This document shows, piece after piece, positions 12,941 through 25,150 of a DNA stretch of 64,000 bases (position 1 is the stretch's first letter; the number at the start of each line of letters is the position of its first letter). The notes under the pieces were generated by a model. It saw only the letters and a program-made list of their open reading frames with translations, did no database searches and had not been told where the DNA came from. The DNA lies in the NCBI RefSeq assembly GCF_018977255.1, contig NW_024704742.1, positions 120,964,001 to 121,028,000 of the forward strand. The letters are read 5' to 3'. The translations under genes were made by a program, and so were the position numbers. This DNA comes from Callorhinchus milii. Its lineage: Eukaryota.

Positions 12941-13040
12941 CTCAAATGCATTTCATATGAGCAGACATGTGGATCCAGCATTGTGTACCCATGTGCACAA
13001 TGCTGGGTCCACATGTCTGCTCATCAGAAATGCATCTGAG
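12941..13040. repeat. 100-bp palindrome (48-bp arms, 4-nt loop)
   Basis: 43 of 48 positions pair by Watson-Crick rules. Confidence 0.9.
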
Positions 13041-13829
13041 ATCATAATTGAAATCATGCATTAGAAGTCAACCCTTTGAGGTCAATCTGCTTCAGTGAGT
13101 TAAGACCATTTCTCCCTAACTTATTTGGTTTGCTAAGAAATTATAAGGCTGAACCATACATTACAAACTGGAATCGGGTCCTAAAACATAAACCAAGTAT
13201 GGGATAACACAAGCATCGAATGTGAGCAATCACAATTTTTGAAGTAACAACCTACTTTATAATACGAACATCATGTCCCATTTTATCCCCAGCCCTTGAA
13301 TACAATGAAGACAAGTGAAAAGCCCATACACACAGTGTTAGATTAACATTTCACCGTGTCTGGACAATGTATTCTTATCAGCATTTCACTATAGTAAAAA
13401 GAAGATGGAACGCTCAGTCTTTTGCTAAATAGCACCTCATTCACTGATATGATCTCAGCGAATTTCCAACACAAGATCAGAATGCCAATGATTACAACCA
13501 TTAAAATAGCTTCTCTATAATTATTTCAATATTATTTGGAGCCTTTCCCATATTCCATTCACCCAAGATAAGACTTTTTTAAAAAAAGAAGCAAGTTTTC
13601 CTTTTTGACAATTTATCAATGGAGTTAGTGGAACTCCTGAGGTTTGTTTTTGCTGAGTACCTTTGGGAGGGGGGGGATGGAAAGAACAAAGCTAGTTTTG
13701 TCAAAGCATAAGTACTTGCATCAATTCATTCAGCAAAGCTCATTTTCACCTGATAAGCAAAAGAGGAAACAAAGAAAAAAGAAATAGGGAAGGAACAAAG
13801 AAAAATCAACTAATTCTCTCACACAGATA

Positions 13830-13950
13830 AAAGCAAAACAGTGGATAGTGAAAATCTGAAATAAAAAAAAGATATTCCCAAATTTCTCTTTCTCTTACAG
13901 ATGCTAACTGAACTGCAGTCTATTCACATCATTTTCTGATTTTATTTCCA
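13830..13950. mobile_element. Old Penelope-like terminal-repeat remnant
   Basis: aaatctgaaataaaa...cagatgctaactgaactgc...attttctgattttatttc resembles the 9984 and 54115 family. Confidence 0.4.
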
Positions 13951-14336
13951 TGAATTACTATGATATCAAGTGAACTGAAATGAACTATTTACAAGAATGC
14001 CATCATTTGTCTAAAAATTATTCATTTACTGAATTGAGATACTTGAATACCAGTAACAAAGTAATTAAAAGAACATTATCAGTTTTCATCTAACAATCTA
14101 ACTGCATAAGAGGAAGAAGCAGCGAGACTTAAGATTTTCAACTGTAAAATCTAAGACAGCACAATTTAATGATCTTGGATTTTTAAGGTGGAAGGACAAA
14201 AGAATGATCCTAATATTACAGCTGTGTTTATAGCAAATGAGGGAGAAAAGAATTGTCCAACAAGAATTTCTACACAAACTTTCTTAATTTTAAAAATCAC
14301 AAGATTCCCAAGCCCCAAACACCAGACTCTACTTAC

Positions 14337-14413
14337 CAAGTAGAGCAGACATATTCTGGAAGACTCGAAGGAGCTCTGGAGTGATAGATGGGCTGTTTTC
14401 CAAGGTCACTAAC
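14337..14413 (-). CDS. IPO11: IPO11 exon, 77 nt: (W)LVTLENSPSITPELLRVFQNMSALL(E)
   Basis: Acceptor ccatcttgtag, donor gtaagt; phase 2-1. Confidence 0.96.
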
Positions 14414-14691
14414 CTACAAGATGGCAATTAAAAAAAAACTTAAAATAAGGTCCATTGAAAATATCTTGAAGTTCCAAATAAACAAGTAAGCAGTAACAAC
14501 TGACAAGTCTAAAATAATGTTAACTTCTCAATGAGCTACCTCTGCGTTTCACTCAGACACACACAATTTACCCTTTAGAACATCAGTCTAATCACCCAGC
14601 TCAATTATTACATCAATACATAATTACACAGAAATCAGAAGCACACAATATAACAGGATTACAATTGTTCATTCGAATTCTCAAACACTCT

Positions 14692-15378
14692 AACGTCTGT
14701 CAGACATTAAGTCCTGGATGAGAGCTAACTTTCTTCAGCTGAACATCAACATCGCCCGGCTCCAACACTGTCTCACACCGCAGGCCGCCGAAACCCTCAT
14801 ACACGCCTTCATTACATCGATGCTCAACTATGCAAACTCATTGCTTGTCGGCTTCCCCAACTCCTCCCTCCACAGGCTGCAGGTCATCCAGAACTCTGCA
14901 GCCCGTGTCCTCTCCCACACCAGGCTCCGTGACCCTATCACCCCCATCCTCACCCGACTCCACTGGCTTCCCATCACACAGAGGATACAATTCAAGATCC
15001 TGGTCCTCACCTTCAAAGCCCTCCATGACCTTGCTCTGCGATCTCCTAACCCTCTACCAACCTGCCCGCTCCCTCCACTCAGCGGGCCCTGCCTATTTCA
15101 AGTCCTCCACCTCGATCATTGGCGGGCGAGCCTTCAGCCACTCTACCCCAACCCTCTGGAACTCCATCCTGCAGTCACTGCGCCTCACCCCTTCCCTCCT
15201 TCAAGACCCATCTCAAGACCCTCATCTTCAACCACGCCTTCGATTACCCTCCTTCCCCCCCTGCCCTCCACCTCCCAGATCCCAACCTGCAGCTCAGGTC
15301 CAAAACATGGATTTTCCAGCGCCTTGGGACATCCTCCTGACGTGAATGGCATTATACAAATATAATTTTGCTGCTGTG
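14692..15378 (+). mobile_element. L2 LINE 3' portion with an internal deletion
   Basis: ORF 14718..15365 MRANFLQLNI joined directly to NIARLQHCLT...LHWLPITQRIQFKILVLTFKALH; tail stem-loop. Confidence 0.9.
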
Positions 15379-17551
15379 GTAACATCTCTCACAACTTCAC
15401 TGAAAACAGTGTTGATTATGAGGTGGCCTCAGTCTCTTGCCCTTTCAGGCAGGTACCACGCAACAATTTTGCTCTTGACAACCCAAAAGAGCAATACAGC
15501 ACTACTGCCATTAACCCGACCTTTACAAGTGTCACATTTCTTTATTAAGTGGTAATTCAGTTAATTAAATTCAGCTGATTATACTTCATCATAGTGAATT
15601 TTTACAACTGAGTGGCTTACTAGGCCATTTCAGAGGACATTTTAAGAGTCAACTATATAGGAGTCAAATGGAGACCAGACCAAGAAGATTTTCTTTCCTT
15701 GAAGGGCTAAAGTGAACCAGTTGAGTTTTAATGACAATTCAGCAGTTTCATAACGATTTCTCTGGTGCTAGCTCAAATTTTGTATTCAAAATACACTGAG
15801 GTGGGCAATGCTACAGAGGTAAGGGGTGGCAGAACGGGTTATGGCATGGATGTGGAATTTAACAAGATATTTGAGGATTCAACAAGAGGAGAGGTTGTAG
15901 AGAATAATAGGTCAACAGTGTCAAAGGTGGCAGAGATCGAAGACGAGGATATCGAGAGAGCCCTGGTCACAGATGGACAGAGGTTATTTGTAACTTAAGA
16001 CTAAAGCTGTCTCTGTATTGTGGGCAGCATGGAAACCAGATTGGAGGGATTCATACAAGGAGTGGTGGGAGAAGAAAGAGAGAAGCTGGGAAGCAATGAC
16101 TCATTCCAGGGCCTTGAAGCGAAAAGGAAGGTTGGAGAAGGGACGGCAGAGAACAGAGATAATTCAAGGGAAGAATTTTTGAAGCTGCTGTTTTTAAGAG
16201 GGTGGAAGTGGACAGTGAGAGGTTGACAATGTAAAACTAGTAACACAAGAAGGCTCTTTATCTTTTCTGCCAAGTTAATTGGATTGTGGCACATCTTTTA
16301 TTCCCATTTCCCCTAAATGCTATATAATTGCAAATTGTTTTTAAAAACAATCATTAATCCATCAGATATCAACATTATAGAAAGCATTGAAATCCCAATA
16401 AACCTATGCCAACTCTCAACTATATACAATAAAAACTATGGAGCACATGTGAAATCTCCTCTTCTTGGATCAGACCAAAAACAACAACAACAGGAACAGG
16501 GTAGGAGAGTAAATGCAGACTGTGAGATTATATTTGCTGAACATCTGTTCAGTTCATACAATCTTTATTTGGCTAACCACTTTCATTCATTCTCATTTTG
16601 ACCTCTCTATACTTGGCATCCAACACTAAACCAACCAAGCCTAACACAAATGCCAAAATCAGTATCTTTATCTTAGTGAAACATCAACTTTAATATCTTA
16701 AACATCAAGCTGCAATTTTGCACATTGTTACTGCCATCTCATCTGCTTTGGTTTCTTCCTCTCTACCTTGGGCTTTGTCACCTCAGTCTTGCATCAACAA
16801 CAACAACAAGATTTCATTTCTAGAGCGCCTTTCACGTCTGGAGGACGTCCCAAGCTGCTGGACAGTTGGGTCGGGATGCATCAATAGCATCCCACACTCA
16901 GACCGCATACTAATTTCTTTTTTTAAAAAACAATTATTAATACATTTTTAAGTTCCCATTCTCTAACTGTATATAACATTTTCCCTCAAAAGCTTATGAC
17001 TGGAACGTGAATCTATTGTTGCTGTTTCAGATACTAACTCATCTCCTGTAGATTTCTGGTTTGGGTTCAGATTTCCGGTAGCAGTACTTTTTTTCAATAA
17101 AATTCAAACTGTTTTTAAAACCTATGTCCTTGTGGAGTTTATGTAATGCTCAGCCACTTTTATTCCACCTACTTATGATGGTTATTTAAACTCCTCAATG
17201 ACACACTCTTGTGAAGTATTCTGAGCGACCCATGGTCTATATCAGACTGCAATACTCATACATCTAAGATGCTTAACCACTTATCTGCTAACTCAGTTTT
17301 TACACTGTATACTGAATAAAATGGAAACACGCAATATAGATAATTTCTAATCTTGTATCAATAATAGGGCTACTATGAGATCTTCATGTTGTCTTTGTCA
17401 TCCCCTTCGAAAGCTTTAAACTTGTACTCTTGCAGGTCTACCAGAAAAAACTGACTTTCTGTTGCACTGACACCAGTTCACATATGGCATACCCTGATAA
17501 GTTTATTATGGGTCATCTCCAATTTCATCACATTATGTTAAAGACTCACTT

Positions 17552-17730
17552 CAACAACAACAAGATTACACTGGTATAGCGCCTTTCACCTCGGGAGGAC
17601 GTCCCAAGGTGCTGGACAGTGTACAGCATTTCAGACCTGAGCTGGGGTCCGGGAGGGAGAAGGGAGGGGAGGGGAAGGGGGGTGACCGATGGCATGGTCG
17701 AAGAGGAGGGTTTTGAGGCGGGACTTGAAG
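17552..17730 (-). mobile_element. L2 3' end
   Basis: (aac)n tail; gcgcctttcacctcgggaggacgtccc. Confidence 0.85.
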
Positions 17731-18153
17731 GAATTCAAGATCCTCGTCCTCACTTTCCACGGCCTTGCCCCCTCCTACCTCTCTGACCCGCTGACTCCCT
17801 ACCAACCTGCCCGCTCCCTCCGTTCAGCGGGCTCCGGTCTGCTCCATGTCTCCCGCCCGACCCACCCTACCATTGATGACCGGGCTTTCAGCCTCTCTGC
17901 CCCCACTCTGGAACTCCATCCCATGGTCCCTTCGCCTCGCTTCCTCCCTTGCCTCCTTCAAGGCTGGTCTCAAGACCCTTCTCTTCGATCGTGTCTTAGG
18001 TTGCCCTCTCACCTCTCTGCCTTCCCTTACACCGACACCACCCCTCCCCCATGCTCGGGCCCCGACACCTGACTGTTCAGTGCTTTGGGATGTCCTCCAG
18101 ACATGAAAGGCGCTCTATAAATGTAATTTTGCTGCTGTTTGTTGTTGTTATTG
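17731..18153 (+). mobile_element. L2 3' portion
   Basis: EFKILVLTFHGLAPSYLSD..., LWNSIP; (gtt)n tail. Confidence 0.9.
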
Positions 18154-18217
18154 TTCGCTCAACCTCTGCTTTTCAATTATCAAATTTCAAGCTTACAAAA
18201 TAAAACAAAAAATTGAG

Positions 18218-18778
18218 GAACAACAACAACAAAATTCCATTTGTAAAGCGCCTTTCACATCAGGATGATGTCCCAAAGAGCTGAACAGTCAGGGATCAGG
18301 ACCTGGGTTGAGATGAGGAGGGCAGAGGAGGTAGGAGAGCGGCTGAAGGCACGATCAAAAAGGCGGGTCTTATGTCGTGCCTTGAAGGAGGCAAGAGAGG
18401 GAGCAAGGAAAAGGGATTGTGGGATGGAGTTCCAAAGAGTGGGGGCAGAGAGGCTGAAAGCCCGGCTGCCGATGGTAGGGCGGGAGACCAGGAGCCGGCC
18501 AGAGCCAGCTGAGCGGAGGGAGCGGACAGGTTGATAGGGGGTCAGCAGGTCAGAGATGTAGGAGAGGGCAAAGACGTGGAGGGCTTTGAAAGTAAGGATG
18601 AGGATTTTGAATTCTATCCTCTGGGGGATGGGGAGCCAGTAGAGTAGGGCAAGGGTGGGGTCACAGAGCCTGGTGCGGGAGAGGACACGAGTTACAGAGT
18701 TCTGGATGATCTGCAGCTTGTGGAGAGAGGAGTTGGGGAGGCCGACAAAGAGGGAGTTTCCATAGTTGAGCATTGAGG
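18218..18778 (-). mobile_element. L2 3' portion
   Basis: ORF 18255..18851 LNYGNSLFVGLP...LWNSIPQSL...FKARHKTRLFDRAF. Confidence 0.9.
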
Positions 18779-19189
18779 AGACTAGCACGTCATTGCCCAT
18801 TTCATGCAAAGAAAAACTCCCAAAATATGAAGTTCTAATAACCAGGGACAAAGTTTTATATTGAAAGCTCTAAATGTGTGCAAGGACACCTTTAGAAATG
18901 AACCAAACAATGAGAATGCTAAAAGGCTTCCAGGTAACAGTTTAATATCTTTATCCATCCTATTACTTTTTTCATTATAACTGCAGTATCTATCAAAGAC
19001 TGAAAAAACATAGAACTTATATTAAAGTTAAGATAATATCAACAAGGTAGAATGAAATCTCAACACCGGGATACAGACAGCTTTATGTGAGCTGCATAAA
19101 TGGATGAGATTAGAACATGTTTGGCTAGAATTTGTTTTGATTGTGTGTGAAAGGCTCAAAAAAAAGTGAACAGAAGCATTTGGAGATTG

Positions 19190-19428
19190 CTGGCCAAAAC
19201 CCTGGGAAAAACTCCCTTCTCTTTTTGAACAGTGCCATGGGATCTTTAACATCCCCCAGAACAGACAGGAAAGATCTCGGTTAAAACTCTCATCTGACAA
19301 TGCAGTCCATCCCCAGCATTGCATTGGAGTGTCAGCCAAGACTTGAAAGTTCAAAGTCCCAAAATGGGACTTGAACCTGCAACTTGGACTCAAAGGTGAA
19401 AGTGCTAACCCTAGATCCAGGCTGACAC
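19190..19428 (-). mobile_element. Older tRNA-derived SINE (SacSINE/Deu-like)
   Basis: Head gtgtcagcctgg...ggttcaagtccc; body gatgttaaagatcccatggcact; similar to 39502. Confidence 0.6.
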
Positions 19429-20454
19429 ATAAAACTAAAAGCCAGAAGCTATTTAGGATATTGATCATATGTGAAATTTCCACTTGAATTATACAGTAAA
19501 CTGTCCTACGGTCACAACAGCAGAGAGGAATTTACAACCAGTAGAATTCAACATAAAACTTCTGTTCACAGGTAGCCTTGAAACAGCACTTCCGAACACA
19601 GAAAAATACAGGTAAATAAATGTACAGATAGTCCCTTGTGTAACATTCAGGTACGTCAGGTAAGTCAGATGCGTAGTTCCTTTTTAATTTAAGATTCTTG
19701 ATATTAATTTAAGCAAACTAAATTGTCTCTCAAACACTGTTTAATGAATGTGGATTGTATTAGCTCATAATATAATCCAATTATCCAAAAAATTAAAATT
19801 ATTCCTGGTACAGAGGCAACATTTTTCAACACATATTCAAACAGGATACATTTTCAAACGGCATGTGTAGATTTGAAATGAATTAAAAAACAGATTTTTT
19901 ACCCCCTAGGTACTTAATTACTAACATTTTAGCTCACAGATCAGAATTTGAAAATCTGATCATAATTGATTTGTGCAGAATCTATGCAGCATTGACCGAC
20001 CTTACTAAATTATTAGTAAACCCTGGGAAATGCTAAATCCTTGTCCAGGTCATTATACAATACAAAATTACATTTGTATAGTGCCTTTTACATTGGGAGG
20101 ACGTCCCAAGGCACTGGAAACAATAATTAAAAGTATATTTTCAGCACCCCTTCTGAACGGAATTTGGTGGTTATTGGTAGAATATTGGTAGAAATCAACA
20201 TCTGCATTTAATGAGCCTATTCTGCACCAGGGACCAGGGTAAGCACTCATTCACAGGTCCTGCTCTCTGGCAAGTGTTCTCTGCCATCTGCCCAGCCTCT
20301 GATCCTTGTCCAAATTATTGCCATCCTGGTATGGGCCAATTTACTAGTTAGGTGTATTTTTATTGCAAACTGAACTATCTGTTATGCGTATATAACAGAT
20401 TTTAATATGTGCTAAAATATATGCTTGGAATCTATGGAACTACCCGACTCAACC

Positions 20455-21012
20455 CCCCTGCCTCACCCCTCCTTTATCTTTAAATCCCATTTTAAGACCT
20501 ACCTAGATCGAGGCTCTCCTGATTGGCTCCCGTCAGCGCCTCCACGCCTCAGGAGCTGACAGCATCACCATTCACGGATGCACACTCCACCTTAGCAAGC
20601 CAGTCCATAATCTTGGCGTCTTGTTTGACCCTCAACTATCCTTTCTACCCCACATCCGTGCCATGACCTGCTCTGCCTTTCCCCACCTCTGCAACATCAC
20701 CCGGCTCCTCCACTGTCTCACACCGAGGCCCCCGAAACTCTCATCCACCATTCATAACATCGAGGCTTGACGATGCAAACTCCTTCCTTGTCGCCCTCCC
20801 CACTCCTCCCTCCATAGGCTGCAATCATCCAAAACTCTGCAGCCCGTGCCTTCTCCCCCACCAGGCTCCATGACCCTATGACCCTCATCCTTGCGCAACT
20901 CCACTGGCTTCCCTGACACTAAGTGTTTTTGGGTCCGAAACACTGACTGTCCAGAGCTTTGGAACATCCTCCCAACGTGAAAGGCACTGTATAAATGTAA
21001 TTCTATTGTTGT
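20455..21012 (+). mobile_element. L2 fragment with deletions
   Basis: EALLIGSRQ, LFDPQLSF and LHWLP motifs, then the tail. Confidence 0.85.
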
Positions 21013-21021
21013 ACCTAAAAT

Positions 21022-21340
21022 ATAATAATATTTGTATTTGATATAGCACCTTATCATGTCTTTGAGATGTCTCAAAGCGCTCCACGGGATATACTGTAAA
21101 GTGAATTGACTGTATGCTTTAACGTCAAGGGTGAAACATTTTGTTACTCCATACGCCTCTGTTTACCTAGCAGTAAGTAGGAAGCAAGTTGTTAGTTGTT
21201 TGGCGGATCAATTTCCGGGGGTAAAAATTCTTTAAAAAAAACTCAGTCCACAAAACGACTGTTTTGTGGACTGAGTGACTGAGTGACACTGCTGTGCGCA
21301 ATTGGCTGCCGCGTTTCGCTCTCAAAGTATACTGTCAAGT
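21022..21340. mobile_element. Rearranged SINE fragments (minus-strand 3' part, then plus-strand core)
   Basis: SINE tail at 21022-21115; core tgctgtgcgcaattggctgccgcg at about 21290. Confidence 0.7.
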
Positions 21341-22615
21341 CACTCTAGTAAATTAAATGCACTTTTTAAAAGGTTTACAAGTAGTTCCTTAGTCAAATAT
21401 TTTCCACATACAAAACTTTAAATTTCAAAACAAAAAAGTGACCCTAGAAATCAAAAATCAAAATTCCGTTGACACAAATATTCTTTAGACTTTTTACACA
21501 TTTAAACAACTACAACATAGAGGCCAGAAGAGAGCAGGATGGACAATATTCACCTCTTTATTGCTGGTTTTAAGATACCCCTTGACAGGTCAAGAAAAAC
21601 TGACATTTGTTGTGTATTTTTTTTAATTACGCCTCTTAAAATACAGAAGAAATCATTGAAATTATTTTTTTCAGTTAAGAAAATATCTCCATTTGTTGCC
21701 AGTCAAGGAATTATATTTCACAAACCTCAAAGGACAAATTCAATCACATTGTTACAAATCAAACCTCAAAAGGCAAGGGTTGTAAGTAAGTTGCCTAATA
21801 TTCATTGAAAAAAATAAATTAAATTAGGAAATAAACTGAACAGCTGCTCTCTGGAACTAAATATCCATGTAATTAGAATCTGCAATTCTTACAAAAGTCT
21901 TGCACATTGTGTTGAGGAATGCTTCACGCTATGGAAAACATGATCCTTTACTGTGTCATCGAGGCAAGAAATTTAAAGATATTCACTGCACTACTTTTAT
22001 GGTCTAATCCTTCAATGTTATTACTAAGATGCCTGAAAAGTTAAAGAAAGCATTATTTTCCAACACAACAGTTTTTTTTATTGAAGACAGGTTGAAATCA
22101 TATCTTACAACTGCCCAAAACTCTTTCATCTATACACCTTAACAGGTTGACAGCTTCACAACTCATCTGAAGGACATCACTTCTGACAATGCAGCAATCC
22201 CCCCAGTATTACATTGGAGAGACAGAATGGACAATGAGCTCAATTCACCACATGAGGGTTGAACACACAACCTTTTGAGCCAGAGGTAAGAGTACTTACC
22301 AACTGAATCAAACTGGCACACGAGTATGATATGGATCATCGATAATTAAAATGCTTCAGTAAATGTGGTACAAGTCACCAAAAGGAATTTCAGTTAGTGG
22401 ATCAAAGACTTTTTTTTTTAAAAAACTTGCCTATACTGTGCAGGATAAGAAAAGGAGTTCTTTTTTTAGAATACCTGTGTGTACAAAGACATTGCTGGGA
22501 TTGAGCCAGAGAATAAGTAATATAACACTACGATCTAGAAGAAGCATTTTTCTCAGTGTGCTCTTTATTTCACTGAAGAACTCACCATCAAAGTGCATCA
22601 CCAAAGTCTACTTAC

Positions 22616-22731
22616 CACAATTCTAAACCATCCTCCAAGAGGTAAACATGGGGAAGTTGGGAGACGTCTGTACTCAGTTGAATGACAGGCAGCAAGAACG
22701 GATAGAGATTCTTGCTCTCTGCTCCCAAGCC
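22616..22731 (-). CDS. IPO11: IPO11 exon, 116 nt: GLGAESKNLYPFLLPVIQLSTDVSQLPHVYLLEDGLEL(W)
   Basis: Acceptor tctctatag, donor gtaagt; phase 0-2. Confidence 0.97.
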
Positions 22732-23069
22732 CTATAGAGATGTAAACAAAACACAAAGTAAATTCTCTTCATAGAATAAAAGAAACTAAATCCATAAAAA
22801 AAGTTTAAAAAGTTCTGAACTCAAAAAGCAAAATGCTTGTTTTTCCTCTACGCATTTTTCTTTCTATTCAAAAATGATTGTGTAAATACTGGGGCATTAA
22901 TAAAAACAATTCGAAGTAAGCTTCCATATTCTTCTCTCCCCAAGTTTCTTTTTGAAAAAAAATTGTATCTATTATTAAAACAAAAATCTTACTTTTAACA
23001 CAGACACATAACTAAGCACAACGAGTATGTGAAGCAAATTTTATTACTGTTTTAATTCCATGAAGATTC

Positions 23070-23230
23070 GATCAAGCATCAACCTATTTAAAAGGAGACT
23101 TGATGCATACATGAGAGTGAAGGGAATAGAGGAGAGAGGATTAGAAGGGGTGGAGGCACACGTGGAGAGCAAACACTGGCACGGACTGGTCGGGCCGAAT
23201 GAAACCATTTCTATGCCTCAACATTCTATG
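23070..23230 (+). mobile_element. CR1-type LINE 3' end
   Basis: FKRRLDAYM peptide; gggccgaat...ttctatg 3'UTR. Confidence 0.65.
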
Positions 23231-25036
23231 TCATTTTATTTAAAGGATCAAACCCAAAATACTGTACACAAAATTCACAGGATGGTGCATCCCATCTCTG
23301 TGATCCAAGCAGAGGCACATGACCATAAAGTAAATTCAGTCAAATATGATGCAGATCTTTACATCTTTACATTGAAGAAGCTTTGATTTAATGCACAATT
23401 TCAATTGTTTCTCTGGATCTTGCTTGAGTTAAACTGAACCTGCGGTTCCTCTTGTACTGAGCAGGATTACTATTGCAACAACACATCATTGGTAGGGTAA
23501 AACTAACCTGTCTCAGCAAACCATGAAACTGTGAGCTCCTTGTTCAAAATAGATATCTGCACAGCTTAATTATGGGACCATTTCCCTTCTATTTCACCGT
23601 GGATATTTAAAGCCATCTGAATGACTCAGATCTCTATACGCTTTCAAGATTGGAACATACCAATCTTTCAAGAAACAAAATAATTTCATTTAATCAAAAT
23701 GACAGATGTTGCTTGATTTCACCACAAACCCTCCTATCTGGAAGCTGAGAAATAACTAATACCTTGCTTTAGATTAAAAGTGTTTTGCGAAAGTCAGTTC
23801 AGACTATCTTCAAATCAGAATGCATTAGTTTCAAACTCAATTAGTTTGGTGCAATATTGTAGTTTCTCTCATTCACATTTCTTCAGATTTATTCTATTTA
23901 AAGATCTGATATCATTAAATTGCAAAATCTTCACTAAACACACTATATTCCCACATTATTAGGGAAGTAGATGGTTCCATTCAGTGTCAAACTAGTATCA
24001 TAGCTGAGATTGAGAATCTGTTTTGTGAGAAACCACCCTGAATATTCATTAACATCCTGCTTGATACTATATGCGTGTATGTGTGTGGGGGGGGAATAAA
24101 ATACATAGAGAAAAAAAAGTGAGAAAAGAGATGTTTCTGCTCAGACCATTATGAATGATGATCATGTAATCATGGATATTATTGACTAAAATATGTAGGT
24201 TGTTAATGGAAATAGGCTTGCTGCAAAACAACTTGCACTCGGTATACAGAATGCTATATGGTATATCATGTGTTAATATTAAATCACCGGATTCCGTTTA
24301 TTATTCCCTCAGGTGCTCTTTACATCTTTCTCATTGATAGGCATTTTTATTGGATTGACAGGCCTGCGAGTACAGAAGGTGCAGGACATCAAAGGAAGCA
24401 AATCAGCTTTCTAAATTGCAATTTGATGATCATCATTGGGAGATTATTTGGCTAAAGCTGAAGAAGCATCTTTGGAAAAGCATCTTTGGAAATGTTTATG
24501 CACTGTTCACATTAGGTAGCATTTTTGCAGAGGACAAATATTTTATTCATAAAACAAACCTGATGGAATTGGAATTGCAATTAACTGGACAGTAATTAAA
24601 TCTGTTTCTGGAATGGAAACACAAAATATTCCTTATGCAGCTCGCAGACCTTTCCCAAACAGGGAATGCGACCCGCGGCAAACAAAAAAATGGGCCACCC
24701 TGGTGTAGGTGATAGTTTGCCTCGTTGTCTATCTTCAGTGTTGGTATGGGTAAAAATGTCACAAAGACTGAGGTGACATTTACTGAGTACTGGGATACTT
24801 CCGCATCTCATCTTGTGACCTGTTTGCACGTGTCAAAGAGGTCCTGCCAGAAGTTAACAATTGTGGCATCAATTACCAGTCTTTAAAATATTAATAATTA
24901 TGCAACAATTCAATGAAATCACTACCCTTTTAAACACAACACAAACATAATTGTAGAGGTTTTAATTTCCTAGCACAGGGATGAAATTTAATACAGCTTG
25001 AAATTAATCGAAAAGATGCACTTGATAAAAGTCTAC

Positions 25037-25150
25037 CTGAACTAGGTGAATAAGTGTTGTGAGGATTGCGCATCGCAGCATATTGTGATCTTCAGATTGT
25101 TTCCAAAGCAAAGGTAAATACTGTACCAGGCAGCCTACATGAGGTCGAAT
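25037..25150 (-). CDS. IPO11: IPO11 exon, 114 nt: IRPHVGCLVQYLPLLWKQSEDHNMLRCAILTTLIHLVQ
   Basis: Acceptor aatttcacag, donor gtagac; phase 0-0. Confidence 0.97.

Noticed and set aside
14718..15365. Longest ORF in the track (215 aa)
   Set aside because: Deleted, frameshifted L2 ORF2 C-terminus; not a host gene
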